Of a stretch of DNA of 64,000 nucleotides, positions 36,149 through 46,241 are shown piece by piece. The number at the start of each line of letters is the position of its first letter. The stretch's first letter is position 1. The DNA lies in assembly GCA_035627655.1 (NCBI GenBank), contig DASPLI010000001.1, positions 523,509 to 587,508 of the forward strand. Reading direction: 5' to 3'. Both the position numbers and the translations under genes were made by a program. The stretch is from Minisyncoccota bacterium (GTDB taxonomy: Bacteria; Patescibacteriota; Minisyncoccia; Phycocordibacterales; Phycocordibacteraceae). Below the pieces are notes generated by a model, which did no database searches, was not told where the DNA came from, and saw only the letters and a list, made by a program, of their open reading frames with translations.

Positions 36149-37684
36149 ATGTCGGCAGAGAAGCCTCCGCGCAAAAAGACAACGGATCCGTTGGCGAAGC
36201 AGGTGGTGCTTGGTATTGGCATTGCAGCTGCAGCGGGCGGCGCAGATGCGCTCCACGATCATTTTGAAGTGCAAAAAGAAGAAGCGCTTGTACAGCAGTC
36301 CGCGCTTGAGCGCCCGGGGGAATTGCTCCAGTTCTACACACAGCATCCGTATGCCATGCAACGGCAAGACATACCGATGGTAATTGAGGCGATGCAGCGA
36401 CATAAGCCGCACGAAGCTGATCAGGGCGAAGAGTTGGGTGTCTATATTCCGCTCCGGCTTGAGGTCTTCCAAAGCCTTGTAGAGCGGGCTCGGTTTGATG
36501 AGGCAGCGCGGGAGATTCTCTCTGCACTAGAAGAGCAGGCACCGCTTTCTGCCCGGGAGATTCTCATGCTGCATCGGAGCTCATTTCTCCTAGACGCAAG
36601 ATTTGCTCTTGAGAACTATACGAATGCAACAAACTGGGCTGAAGGTCCTGAACGATATACCGATGAGGTATTCGAGCTTATCCGAGGAAATACAGCTCTG
36701 GGTACAATCGAGCAGCGCGCTCATCTCTCGATGCTTGCCAGCCACTTTATTTACTACGAAAACAGTGTCTATCAACCAAGTCGCACCGGAACTGACGCCT
36801 TTGGCGAATGGTACAGATCTGGATACTACTCCCATAACGTTGTTTCCATTACACCCGAACTTGTAAATTCTGTGCTTGAGTGGCTCCAAGAGCGTCGAGA
36901 AGAACTTGGCGGACAGGAGGTGTTCAACCCTACCATCATCGCGTTTTATGGAAACGAACGAAATGAAGACGGCAGCCAACGGTTTGGTAATGAATACTTC
37001 CATAACGAACTTCAAGCGCGCTCCACAACACTGCATGAGTTTCGAGGTGCGGACAGCGAAGAAGATCGACAGCAGCTTGAGCGGCATCTGCAGCACATTG
37101 AGACAGCAACGACACCAATCACCGTGGTTTTTGACTCGCACGGCGGGACCACCGGCATTTGGCTTACGGGAGATTTCAGCTCTGTTAAAGAGGCATCGGG
37201 GAATGAGTTAGTAGTTAGGGCAGAAATGATTGCACAGTCATTTATTCAGCGATATCGAAACCCAGAACTGCGCGCGCAAGCAAATGCACATCCAGATGTG
37301 GTGGTTTTCGATAACTGCTTCGGCGGCGACATTATTCGCCTTGTGAGCAGGCAGCTCATGGAAGCGGGTCTTCCGATCCCTGCATTCGTGAGCACTTCAG
37401 AAGCTGGTACGTATGGGTATGGAAATTTGTCCGCACCGACTGGCTCGCAAATGGAAAACATCCTCTTCGATAAAGACCATCCAACACTTAGTGATGTGGC
37501 GGACGCAGATCTTGCGCCACGAGATCTCACCAATCCCAACCGGCTCATGGGAGATTTTGTCGTCATCCCTGCTCGGCAAGCGCATGAAATTCCCGATACT
37601 GAGGATCGAAACGGTCAGCGTATGACCGTCGTGGACGAGTCGGTACAGATTTCGGAAAACGAGTCAGACACCGCTCTTGGATAA
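36149..37684 (+). CDS. hypothetical protein (511 aa) between uvrB and uvrA
   Basis: no recognised family; internal TVVFDSHGG / VVVFDNCFGG paired motifs. Confidence 0.4.
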   Translation: MSAEKPPRKKTTDPLAKQVVLGIGIAAAAGGADALHDHFEVQKEEALVQQSALERPGELLQFYTQHPYAMQRQDIPMVIEAMQRHKPHEADQGEELGVYIPLRLEVFQSLVERARFDEAAREILSALEEQAPLSAREILMLHRSSFLLDARFALENYTNATNWAEGPERYTDEVFELIRGNTALGTIEQRAHLSMLASHFIYYENSVYQPSRTGTDAFGEWYRSGYYSHNVVSITPELVNSVLEWLQERREELGGQEVFNPTIIAFYGNERNEDGSQRFGNEYFHNELQARSTTLHEFRGADSEEDRQQLERHLQHIETATTPITVVFDSHGGTTGIWLTGDFSSVKEASGNELVVRAEMIAQSFIQRYRNPELRAQANAHPDVVVFDNCFGGDIIRLVSRQLMEAGLPIPAFVSTSEAGTYGYGNLSAPTGSQMENILFDKDHPTLSDVADADLAPRDLTNPNRLMGDFVVIPARQAHEIPDTEDRNGQRMTVVDESVQISENESDTALG

Positions 37685-37741
37685 TGCTACTTGAAGGGAG
37701 GGCAAGAGCCTGCTAGCGTTGCAGGTAGAAAGGAACAGCTC

Positions 37742-37990
37742 ATGTCTAGCACCCTGTTCGTGTTCGCACCGTTTATCGCGGTGACGATCGTGTTTATCCT
37801 TGCTAAGAAAGCCAGCCCGCTTGGCGCTATGGTTCTGGGCGCTGCTGGCGTACTGGTGGGTGGCGCTCTCGGCTCGTACGGCTGGATGCAGCTCGGTTAT
37901 AGCGAGACGCATGCGTACGCGCTTGGCTATCTGACGACGTTCGCTTATGCCTTCATCTTGGCTATATTGCGGCGCCGGTACAACTTATAA
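37742..37990 (+). CDS. small membrane protein
   Basis: 82 aa with three hydrophobic segments. Confidence 0.3.
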   Translation: MSSTLFVFAPFIAVTIVFILAKKASPLGAMVLGAAGVLVGGALGSYGWMQLGYSETHAYALGYLTTFAYAFILAILRRRYNL

Positions 37991-38083
37991 GCGGAGTCAC
38001 TAACTCCGCTTTTTGTTTGGAAAACTTGTGTAGTCGCGGGGGAGAACCCTGTTTGCTATACTCCATACTGTACCTGTCCCGCC

Positions 38084-40735
38084 ATGGGCAGGGCATTTCC
38101 GTACATGGCAAAATCGAAGAAAACACACGAACACTATACGGGCGAAGACTGGATCCGGATCAAGGGCGCCCGGACCCACAATTTGAAGAACCTCTCGGTC
38201 GATTTGCCGCGTGGGACTATGACCGTACTTACCGGCCTATCAGGCTCAGGCAAGTCCTCGCTTGCATTCGATACTATTTTTGCCGAAGGACAGCGACGGT
38301 ATGTCGAATCGCTTTCGGCATACGCCCGCCAGTTCCTGAATCAAATGCAGAAGCCGGATGTAGATGAGATCTCCGGTCTTTCCCCGGCTATTTCCATAGA
38401 TCAGAAATCCCGCTCGAACAATCCGCGCTCCACGGTTGCTACCGTCACGGAAATCTATGACTACCTGCGCGTCCTTTATGCGCGCGCCGGTCAGCCGTAC
38501 TGCGTCAACCACGACGTACCCATTTCCAAGCTTTCCAAAGAAGAAATGATCGGAATGGTCATGAAGCGCATCAGCGCCCGTTCAGCAAGCAAAAAAGAGG
38601 AGGTTGCAGGTGTGGTTATCGATAAAAGCCAGGTGGTTATTTATGCGCCAGTTGTTGTTGGCCGCAAGGGCGAGTATTACCAACTCCTCTATGACCTGCT
38701 TGGTAAGGGGTACGAGCGGGTGGTCGTGGACGGTAAAATGCAGTCGCTTCGCGAAAAGGTAACGCTGGATCGCAATAAGAGGCACGATATTGATGCCGTC
38801 GTAGACTCTATTTTCGTTTCCGAATTCGAACGCAGTCCAGATGCAGCTCGAGAGCGCCTTTCAGAAGCACTTGAGCTTGCGCTCAAGGAAAGCGACGGGC
38901 TCGTAAAGATTCAGCATGCGGATGGTTCTGTTGAGACATTGTCCGCCCGCTTTATTTGTCCGGAGGACGGCGCTTCGTTCCCCGAAGTAGAGCCACGCCT
39001 GTTTTCGTTCAACAGCCCCTATGGCGCTTGTCCAACTTGTAACGGCCTTGGCACTGAATCCCTGTTCTCAGACAAGGTATGTCCGGTCTGTAATGGCCAG
39101 CGGCTTCGTCCGGAAGCACTGCGCGTTTACTTGCGCGATACCAAAGATAAGACGCTGGGGAAAAACATTGTTTCGGTTGCGAGCATGTCGATTCGCGACG
39201 CCAAGGACTTCATGGATAACCTCCATCTCTCAGAGATGCGTGCCGAGATTGCCGCGCCTATCATTCGCGAAATCACGAGCCGGCTTGAGTTCATGTTGAA
39301 CGTCGGTCTTGATTACCTCACGCTTGATCGCTCTGCTGCAACGCTCTCCGGCGGCGAGGCACAGCGCATTCGCCTTGCGTCCCAGCTTGGTACGGGGCTT
39401 GTTGGCGCTCTCTACGTGCTTGATGAGCCGACCATTGGACTGCATCAGCGCGATAACGATCGCTTGATCAAGACACTCCTTTCTTTGAAAGAGCTCGGAA
39501 ACACCATTCTGGTGGTCGAGCACGACGAGGACACCATTTTCTCTTCAGACTACATTGTCGACATTGGCCCAGGTGCTGGCGTGCATGGCGGCAGTGTTGT
39601 TGCTGCAGGATGGCTCGATGAACTCCTGACTGCGCCGAAGAATGATTCTGGTTCGCTCACGCTGTCCTACTTGCGTGGCGAGAAGGAGATTGCCGTTCCG
39701 GAGGAGCGTCGTACGAGTGAAAAGGGAGCGATCAAGATCAAGGGCGCAACGCTACATAACATCAAGAATCAGAACGTGGATGTGCCACTGGGGAAGTTGG
39801 TATGCATTACCGGTGTCTCTGGATCGGGAAAGTCCACCTTCCTCTATGACATTCTCCATAAGAATGCTGCGGCACGCTTTGCATCTCGTACCGCAACTCC
39901 AGAACACATCGCCAGCATGACCGGGACGGAATATCTGTCTCGCACTGTGCTTATCGATCAGTCTCCGATTGGTCGCACGCCGCGCAGTAACCCGGCCACG
40001 TACACCGGTGCGTTTACGCATATTCGAGACTTGTTTGCCTCTACCGCAGAGGCGCGTGCACGCGGCTGGAAACCGGGGCGCTTCTCCTTCAACGTTGCCG
40101 GCGGACGCTGCGAGGCGTGCCAGGGCAATGGCATGATCGCGGTAGAGATGCACTTCCTGCCCACCGTATACGTCACCTGTGATGTTTGTAACGGCAAGCG
40201 CTTTATGAAGGAAACGCTTGAGGTCACCTATCGCGGTAAGAATATCTACGAGGTGCTCCAGATGACCATAGAAGAAGCGGAAAAGTTTTTTGAAGACATT
40301 CCTGCCATTTCCGAGCGGTTGCAGACCCTCAACTCGACTGGTCTTGAATATCTGACACTCGGACAGTCTGCAACCACGCTCTCCGGCGGCGAGGCGCAGC
40401 GCGTGAAGATTGCATCAGAGCTATATCGTCCAACAACGATGAAAACCCTCTATCTGCTTGATGAGCCGACGGTTGGTCTCCACTACGAGGATGTACGCAA
40501 GCTTATCGAGATTCTCCAGGAACTCGTACGGCGCGGAAATACCGTTGTCGTGATCGAACACAATCTTGATCTCATCAAGTGCGCTGACTACATCATTGAT
40601 TTTGGTCCTGAGGGTGGTACGGGCGGTGGGAAGGTGGTTGCAAAGGGTACGCCGGAAGAAGTTGCAGAAGTGGATGGCTCACACACTGCGCTATACCTGC
40701 GCAAGGTGTTGCGCAAGCGCAAGACTAAGAAATAA
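38084..40735 (+). CDS. uvrA: excinuclease ABC subunit A
   Basis: Two ABC ATPase modules, zinc fingers CPEDG...CPTC and C..C...C..C, LSGGE signatures; alternative start at 38105. Confidence 0.9.
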   Translation: MGRAFPYMAKSKKTHEHYTGEDWIRIKGARTHNLKNLSVDLPRGTMTVLTGLSGSGKSSLAFDTIFAEGQRRYVESLSAYARQFLNQMQKPDVDEISGLSPAISIDQKSRSNNPRSTVATVTEIYDYLRVLYARAGQPYCVNHDVPISKLSKEEMIGMVMKRISARSASKKEEVAGVVIDKSQVVIYAPVVVGRKGEYYQLLYDLLGKGYERVVVDGKMQSLREKVTLDRNKRHDIDAVVDSIFVSEFERSPDAARERLSEALELALKESDGLVKIQHADGSVETLSARFICPEDGASFPEVEPRLFSFNSPYGACPTCNGLGTESLFSDKVCPVCNGQRLRPEALRVYLRDTKDKTLGKNIVSVASMSIRDAKDFMDNLHLSEMRAEIAAPIIREITSRLEFMLNVGLDYLTLDRSAATLSGGEAQRIRLASQLGTGLVGALYVLDEPTIGLHQRDNDRLIKTLLSLKELGNTILVVEHDEDTIFSSDYIVDIGPGAGVHGGSVVAAGWLDELLTAPKNDSGSLTLSYLRGEKEIAVPEERRTSEKGAIKIKGATLHNIKNQNVDVPLGKLVCITGVSGSGKSTFLYDILHKNAAARFASRTATPEHIASMTGTEYLSRTVLIDQSPIGRTPRSNPATYTGAFTHIRDLFASTAEARARGWKPGRFSFNVAGGRCEACQGNGMIAVEMHFLPTVYVTCDVCNGKRFMKETLEVTYRGKNIYEVLQMTIEEAEKFFEDIPAISERLQTLNSTGLEYLTLGQSATTLSGGEAQRVKIASELYRPTTMKTLYLLDEPTVGLHYEDVRKLIEILQELVRRGNTVVVIEHNLDLIKCADYIIDFGPEGGTGGGKVVAKGTPEEVAEVDGSHTALYLRKVLRKRKTKK

Positions 40736-40743
40736 TAGAGTGC

Positions 40744-41136
40744 ATGGAGGGGAAACCCGACAACACAGAGCGCGGGCCTGCTGCGCCGGATGTACGGCTT
40801 GATCTTGGTTCAGGCGACTTGGGTGGCCAAGGAAAATACATTCTTGCGGAAGTAGTACACCAACAGGGAGGAAAGACGTTGGCGCTCCGGGCAGACAGCT
40901 CCTGCACACAGCACTATCAAATAGCGGAGAAGCTCAAGGTTGAGTATCCCGATGCAGAGATCAAGGTGCTCGGTGGAGGATTTCTGGCATATTTTGGTCC
41001 AGAGATTGGAAACGAGATTGAGGTATTTGACGTAAGTACCAAATACGGAAAAGAAGATCGTGAGGTTACCAAACAACTTCTTGCTGAAGCGTTTCCAGAT
41101 CGGACGATTACGGAGCTTCCGACCAGTACGCAGTGA
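40744..41136 (+). CDS. hypothetical protein
   Basis: 130-aa ORF immediately after uvrA. Confidence 0.35.
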   Translation: MEGKPDNTERGPAAPDVRLDLGSGDLGGQGKYILAEVVHQQGGKTLALRADSSCTQHYQIAEKLKVEYPDAEIKVLGGGFLAYFGPEIGNEIEVFDVSTKYGKEDREVTKQLLAEAFPDRTITELPTSTQ

Positions 41137-41166
41137 CGGCCGCCCAGGGAGGAGCGGCCGTTTTCA

Positions 41167-41418
41167 TTAGTTCTTGTTATGCGCGCGCAGTGCGATGTGG
41201 GATCCGATCAGGGTTGCAACCATGATCGTGATTCCGACGTACAGCAGGGGAATGAATTCCTTCCCGATGTACAGGAGCGGAATCGATACCGCGAGCGTCG
41301 CAAAGATGGTTCCCCAAAAGTAGAGAACGGTTCCTTTGCGGAGCCAGATGCCGCACGCAATCCGCGTGACAGCACCCACTGTTAGCGCAATCAGAATGAG
41401 CAAGAGAAACTGCTGCAT
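41167..41418 (-). CDS. small membrane protein
   Basis: 83 aa, three TM. Confidence 0.35.
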   Translation of the reverse strand: MQQFLLLILIALTVGAVTRIACGIWLRKGTVLYFWGTIFATLAVSIPLLYIGKEFIPLLYVGITIMVATLIGSHIALRAHNKN

Positions 41419-41856
41419 TTCAACCTCTCTGTCTTATGCCGAATATAAAAGTGACACACGTGGTATAAAAAGTCAAAAGAAACATGAGCGGCAGTTGCCG
41501 CTCATGTTCATCGACGTAGAGCCTGAGTTCGCTTGCGCAAGATCGGGTACCCCTCCTTGAAGAGCGCATCCCAACGCGTGTCGTCTGGCCCGTGTGGCGC
41601 TTCGCCATGGTGCCGGATAAATACGTCTCGCCAAAAAACTGGACTCGTGGTCAGTCCATAAAGTCCATGCGGCTTGAAGCGACGAATCGCTTTACGTATT
41701 ACTCGTTCTAACGTCGGAGGTCCAAAAAACCAGACCATATTCCCTCCTCTTAGTACACTCCAAAGCCTCAGTATAGCAGGGCGAGGTAGTCCACGGTTGC
41801 CGTTGTCCACGGAAGGGTCTATAACAAGAGGTAGAGGCAAAAGAAGGAGAGTAGTT

Positions 41857-42669
41857 ATGATGCCACGTACCTTGACCTGGGTGCGTCACGGGGAATCCGA
41901 GGGAAATTGGGCTCGCACGCTTGCAGAAGCAGGCCAGGCCCATGCGCGGGAAGCCGATCTTATGAGCGTCCATACCTGCGAACGCCGTTTGACCGAGAAA
42001 GGAGTCGAACAGGCAAAGCGCGCCGGAGCATGGCTGCGCAAGCATTGGGACGGCAACACTGCCTCGCCGGAAGATCGACAATTCATTGTCTCGCCCTATG
42101 TTCGCGCGATTGAAACCGCGGGACACTTGGGACTTGATGGTCGGTGGATCCAGGATACGCGCGTTGTTGAGCGCAACTGGGGCACCATCGACAGCCATAC
42201 GTACGAACAACGTATCGCGCTCTTTGGCGAGCAGCTTGAAGACCGCAAAAGTGAAGCGTTCTTCTGGCGCCCGGCAGACGGCGAAACGCTACAGGATGTG
42301 TTCAACCGCATCCGTGCGTTTCTCGACACGATGCGTCGTAAGTGCACCAACAAGCACGTCCTGGTGGTATGCCACGGCGAAACCATGTGGGCAGTCCGGT
42401 ATTTGCTTGAATACTGGACGCCGCAGAAGCTCGCCGACGAGATGCAGACCCGCAACAACCAGACTCGTCTCATCAATTGCCGCATCGTCCAGTACGTGCG
42501 CGATAACGATGACGAGTTTGGGCCGAAGTTCGACCGTGTCCGCTTCATCGACCCTTCGAATCCGGATGATCCGGAACGAAATCGTGATTGGAAGCGGATC
42601 ACGCGCCCGACCTATTCGAGTGAAGAACTCATCGATATGGCCGAATCGCGCCAACGATTCCTCGTGTAA
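41857..42669 (+). CDS. histidine phosphatase family protein (phosphoglycerate mutase-like)
   Basis: LTWVRHGESEGN RHG motif; AAGGAGA RBS; ATG at 41857 inside the longer track ORF. Confidence 0.7.
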   Translation: MMPRTLTWVRHGESEGNWARTLAEAGQAHAREADLMSVHTCERRLTEKGVEQAKRAGAWLRKHWDGNTASPEDRQFIVSPYVRAIETAGHLGLDGRWIQDTRVVERNWGTIDSHTYEQRIALFGEQLEDRKSEAFFWRPADGETLQDVFNRIRAFLDTMRRKCTNKHVLVVCHGETMWAVRYLLEYWTPQKLADEMQTRNNQTRLINCRIVQYVRDNDDEFGPKFDRVRFIDPSNPDDPERNRDWKRITRPTYSSEELIDMAESRQRFLV

Positions 42670-42741
42670 AGCTCTTTTCGCCCCGAAGCAACGCGCTTCG
42701 GGGCGCTTTCTTTGCCCTGTTGGTTTCTGTAGGATAGGTAT

Positions 42742-43998
42742 ATGGAACGCGCTCAGCTTGCGGCTCTTGATCTTCCTGACTGCCCGGGCGTGTATTTGTT
42801 TACCGCTGGAAAAGGCAGGAAGAAAGAAATTCTGTATGTCGGGAAAGCGACTTCGCTTCGCGATCGCGTGCGCTCGTATTTCGATATTGACCTTATTTCG
42901 ACGCGTGGTCCACGGATCGTCGACATGGTCACCAAGGCAGAAACCGTGACGTATGAGACGGCACCGACGGTACTTGAAGCCCTGGTGCGGGAAGCAGCGC
43001 TCATTCGGCAGTATCGCCCGAAGGCAAACGTCGAAGGGAAGGACGATAAAACCTTTTTGTACGCAGTGATTACCAAGGAGGAGATTCCGCGCGTGCTTGC
43101 CATACGCGGCAAGGATATCGATTTCACGCATATGTGGATGGAGGGCGATGTAAAGCTTGCAGCAACGTATGGACCGTTTACCTCAGGGTATCAGCTGCGC
43201 GAGGCACTCCGTCTCATTCGTCGTATCTTCCCGTTTTACGACACGCCTCGGCCGGTCGGCGAAGGAAATAAGCATCTTCTTGCGAAAGTCGAATTCAATC
43301 GACAGATCGGCCAGTATCCCAAAGACATGAGCCGGAGCGAATACATGCGCTCGATCAGAAATGTCGGCCTCTTTCTCTCTGGCCGGGTAAAGACGCTTCG
43401 CGCGACTCTGGAGCGGGATATGAAGAAGGCGGCCAAAGAGGAACGGTTTGAGGACGCGGCGGTCTGTCGTCGTCAGCTGTTTGCACTTGATCATGTGCAG
43501 GATGTATCTCTGATTCGCGAAGATCGTGACACGGAAACGGAAGCGCCGCGAATTGAAGGCTATGACACTGCGCATATTTCCGGCACGAACGCTATTGGCG
43601 TCATGACCGTTATCGAGGGCAGCCAGCCGCAAAAGAAGGAATATCGCACCTTTCGTATTCGCGGCTATGGCGGCAAGTCGCTCAACGACGACATTGCCTC
43701 TTTGAAGGAAATTCTTCGACGACGCTTTGGACACCCGGAATGGCCGTACCCAAAGGCGATCGTGGTGGACGGCGGCTCAACGCATAAGAAGGCGGCCGAG
43801 TCCGTGCTCGAGGAGCTCGGTATTCAGATTCCGGTCGCAGCAGTCGTTAAAGATGAAAAACATCGCCCACGAGAGGTGATTGGTTCGCTACGAGCCAAAG
43901 TGTCAGACGCGGACGCGGTGTTGGTAAATGCGGAGGCACACCGCTTTGCCCTCCAGCGGCACCGTTTTGCTCGCCGCAAAAGCATGCGTACCTACTAG
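42742..43998 (+). CDS. uvrC: excinuclease ABC subunit C, short form lacking the C-terminal HhH domain
   Basis: GIY-YIG N-terminus (GVYLF...ILYVGKA), UVR motif, RNase-H-like endonuclease block (IEGYDTAHISG); only 418 aa. Confidence 0.75.
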   Translation: MERAQLAALDLPDCPGVYLFTAGKGRKKEILYVGKATSLRDRVRSYFDIDLISTRGPRIVDMVTKAETVTYETAPTVLEALVREAALIRQYRPKANVEGKDDKTFLYAVITKEEIPRVLAIRGKDIDFTHMWMEGDVKLAATYGPFTSGYQLREALRLIRRIFPFYDTPRPVGEGNKHLLAKVEFNRQIGQYPKDMSRSEYMRSIRNVGLFLSGRVKTLRATLERDMKKAAKEERFEDAAVCRRQLFALDHVQDVSLIREDRDTETEAPRIEGYDTAHISGTNAIGVMTVIEGSQPQKKEYRTFRIRGYGGKSLNDDIASLKEILRRRFGHPEWPYPKAIVVDGGSTHKKAAESVLEELGIQIPVAAVVKDEKHRPREVIGSLRAKVSDADAVLVNAEAHRFALQRHRFARRKSMRTY

Positions 43999-44016
43999 TT
44001 GTTATACTGGCTGCAT

Positions 44017-44979
44017 ATGCGCGGCACGATCGTCGGGGTACTTCGAGGAGGTCCGTCACGGGAGCACGAGGTGTCTCTCAAGACAGGACATGCGATTTTG
44101 ACCAATCTGCCGGCCGAGCGCTACACCGTGCGCGATATTTACATCGACAAAAAAGGGAATTGGCATGTGTTTGGGCGCCCGGCGACTCCTGAGGCCGCAC
44201 TTCGGTCTTTGGACGTAGCAGTAATTGGATTGCATGGGGAGTACGGCGAGGATGGCGAGGTGCAGCGCCTTCTGGAGCGTTTTGGCGTGCCGTATACAGG
44301 GTCTGAATCCTTCCCTTCCTATCTCGCCATGCATAAGGTTATGGCGAAGGAGAAGGCGATTGAGCATGGGGTGCTGACGCCGCGCTACACCTACATTGAG
44401 CCGGGAGTAGATGTTGATGCAATTGCGACTGAAATTGTCCGAACATTTCATCAGCCGGTAGTGGTAAAGGCAGTACGTTGGGGTTCATCCGTTGGCGTCT
44501 CCATTGTTGGCGGGTATGAAGACATCAAGAAATCTATTTACACCTTGTTGCCAGACGCGGGTGGCGTACTGATTGAAGAGCTGATTCGCGGACGGGAGGC
44601 GACCGCGGGCGTTGTTGAGGGTCTCCGGGGCGAATCGCTGTATGCGCTGCCCGCTATTGAGATCGTGCCGCCCTCTGAAGATTTCTTTTCATACGACGCG
44701 AAGTACTCCGGGAAGACGCGGGAGATTTGTCCGGGACGTTTCTCGACCGCAGAGAAGCGCGAGCTTGAGCGGCTTGCTCGGGTGATGCACCAGGCGCTTG
44801 GATTGCGCCACTATTCGCGCTCTGACTTCATCGTCTCCTCGCGCGGCATCTATTACCTTGAGACCAATACGCTTCCTGGTATGACGACGGAGTCGCTCCT
44901 ACCCAAATCGCTTGCTGCAGTCGGCGTGCAGTTCCCAGATTTCCTCGAACACCTTATCGGCCTTGCACGACGCCCATGA
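44017..44979 (+). CDS. ddl: D-alanine--D-alanine ligase
   Basis: ATP-grasp motifs; VLRGGPSREHEVSL N-terminus. Confidence 0.85.
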   Translation: MRGTIVGVLRGGPSREHEVSLKTGHAILTNLPAERYTVRDIYIDKKGNWHVFGRPATPEAALRSLDVAVIGLHGEYGEDGEVQRLLERFGVPYTGSESFPSYLAMHKVMAKEKAIEHGVLTPRYTYIEPGVDVDAIATEIVRTFHQPVVVKAVRWGSSVGVSIVGGYEDIKKSIYTLLPDAGGVLIEELIRGREATAGVVEGLRGESLYALPAIEIVPPSEDFFSYDAKYSGKTREICPGRFSTAEKRELERLARVMHQALGLRHYSRSDFIVSSRGIYYLETNTLPGMTTESLLPKSLAAVGVQFPDFLEHLIGLARRP

Positions 44980-45305
44980 GTCTCGCGCACAAGAAATGCA
45001 AACCGTGTGATGGCGAGATAGAGAAGCTTTCGCCGGAGATGGTTATAGAGATGATGGCGCAAGTGCCGGAGTGGACGCTCTCAGAAGACGGAGTTCGGAT
45101 CAGCCGGAAATTCGCCTTCAAGGATTTTGCCCGGGCGCTCGCGTTTACGGACGCGGTAGGGAAGCTCGCCGAGGAGGAGTGGCACCATCCAGACATACAT
45201 CTGTCTTGGGGGCAGGTGGAAGTGACCTTCTATACCCACTCCATTCGGGGTCTAGCTGAGAACGACTTTATTATGGCTGCCAAGGTCGACCAAATTCCAC
45301 GGTAG
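44976..45305 (+). CDS. 4a-hydroxytetrahydrobiopterin dehydratase (PCD/DCoH)
   Basis: EEEWHHPDI motif; 4-nt overlap with the ddl stop. Confidence 0.8.
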   Translation: MSLAHKKCKPCDGEIEKLSPEMVIEMMAQVPEWTLSEDGVRISRKFAFKDFARALAFTDAVGKLAEEEWHHPDIHLSWGQVEVTFYTHSIRGLAENDFIMAAKVDQIPR

Positions 45306-45324
45306 TGCTATACTCCCCGGCATT

Positions 45325-45397
45325 GGGCCCATAGCTCAGTTGGTAGAGCACCTCATTTGCAATGAGGGGGTCAGGAGTTCGAATCTCCTTGGGTCCA
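45325..45397 (+). tRNA. tRNA-Ala (anticodon TGC)
   Basis: Cloverleaf folded by hand; G3:U70; anticodon loop TTTGCAA; CCA not encoded. Confidence 0.85.
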
Positions 45398-45408
45398 CCC
45401 CAGAAAAC

Positions 45409-45438
45409 AAAAGACGCCGCACAGGCGTCTTTTGTTTT
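45409..45438 (+). terminator. rho-independent terminator after tRNA-Ala (GACGCC-GCACA-GGCGTC + TTTTGTTTT)
   Basis: hairpin plus T-run. Confidence 0.7.
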
Positions 45439-45505
45439 AGATACCCTCTCATTGACTTCGTGCCGCATCTGTAATTTACTCTCCTTTGGTCAACGGGAGG
45501 TAAGC

Positions 45506-45694
45506 ATGCAATACGGCATGGTCATGTGTTCTTCGCACGTTCCGTGCGGGGACGGTTCTGTTACGGTTGCTCGCAACCGCAAGCATCGTAAGCGCCGGCA
45601 ACACAAGATTCGTCACAACTTCTGGAAGCGCTCGCTCGACCGCATGATTAGCAAGCGGTTGTGGCAGGCGCGTCGCAAGCGGCTTGTGACGTAA
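45506..45694 (+). CDS. small highly basic Cys-containing protein
   Basis: GGGAGG RBS 5 nt upstream; 62 aa; about 35% Arg/Lys/His. Confidence 0.35.
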   Translation: MQYGMVMCSSHVPCGDGSVTVARNRKHRKRRQHKIRHNFWKRSLDRMISKRLWQARRKRLVT

Positions 45695-45748
45695 CCACCG
45701 AAGTACAAGACCGCCTGACTCTCTAGGAGTTGGGCGGTTTTTCATATA

Positions 45749-45777
45749 TTGACAATAATACATATATTATGCATAAT
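45749..45777 (+). promoter_or_regulatory. sigma70-like promoter TTGACA-N17-CATAAT upstream of the lipoprotein gene
   Basis: consensus -35 and a good -10 about 30 nt before the RBS. Confidence 0.5.
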
Positions 45778-45808
45778 AGTGAGCGAGTTGAACCTTGGGA
45801 GGTGCTCT

Positions 45809-46117
45809 ATGAAAAAGTTGTGGTTTGCTGTTTGCAGTCTCTTCGTGCTTGCTGCCTGCGGTTCGCCGCCAGTGCAGACTGCCGAGGAGATCGCTGCTGA
45901 AGAAGCGGAGACCGTGGAAACGGATATGAACTTCGCACAGCAGGTCGTCGACGAGCTGATCTATGTTCGCAGCTCGACGGCGAATCTCTGCTACGCCGTT
46001 TCTGCGCGGTTTTCGCGCCAAAGCACCTACGACTATGATGAAAACGGCCGCGTTCGTGCGTACGCAGACATCAGAGCTGTGGTGCCGTGCGACAGCGTCC
46101 CCACTCTCGCAAACTAA
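45809..46117 (+). CDS. lipoprotein
   Basis: MKKLWFAVCSLFVLAACGS lipobox; GGGAGG RBS. Confidence 0.55.
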   Translation: MKKLWFAVCSLFVLAACGSPPVQTAEEIAAEEAETVETDMNFAQQVVDELIYVRSSTANLCYAVSARFSRQSTYDYDENGRVRAYADIRAVVPCDSVPTLAN

Positions 46118-46176
46118 CCGCCCGACTCACGAGGATCGTCCGATCTTCACAGGTCGGGCGGTTCTCTTATATATCC

Positions 46177-46205
46177 TTGACAGATATTTTGATTTACCGA
46201 ATAAT
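46177..46205 (+). promoter_or_regulatory. sigma70-like promoter TTGACA-N17-AATAAT upstream of the CPBP gene
   Basis: preceded by an 11-bp inverted repeat AACCGCCCGAC...GTCGGGCGGTT (46116-46163). Confidence 0.45.
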
Positions 46206-46241
46206 CTTCGCTAGTCCAACTGTAACCGAAAGGAGGTTGCA

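Noticed and set aside
42086-43131. Long overlapping ORFs (42086-42949 +, 42289-43131 -) across the histidine-phosphatase / uvrC junction
   Set aside because: They are alternative frames or strands of recognisable genes and have no motifs of their own.
45362-45505. 5' extension of the 45362-45694 track ORF
   Set aside because: It overlaps tRNA-Ala and its terminator, so the ORF was trimmed to the RBS-supported ATG at 45506.
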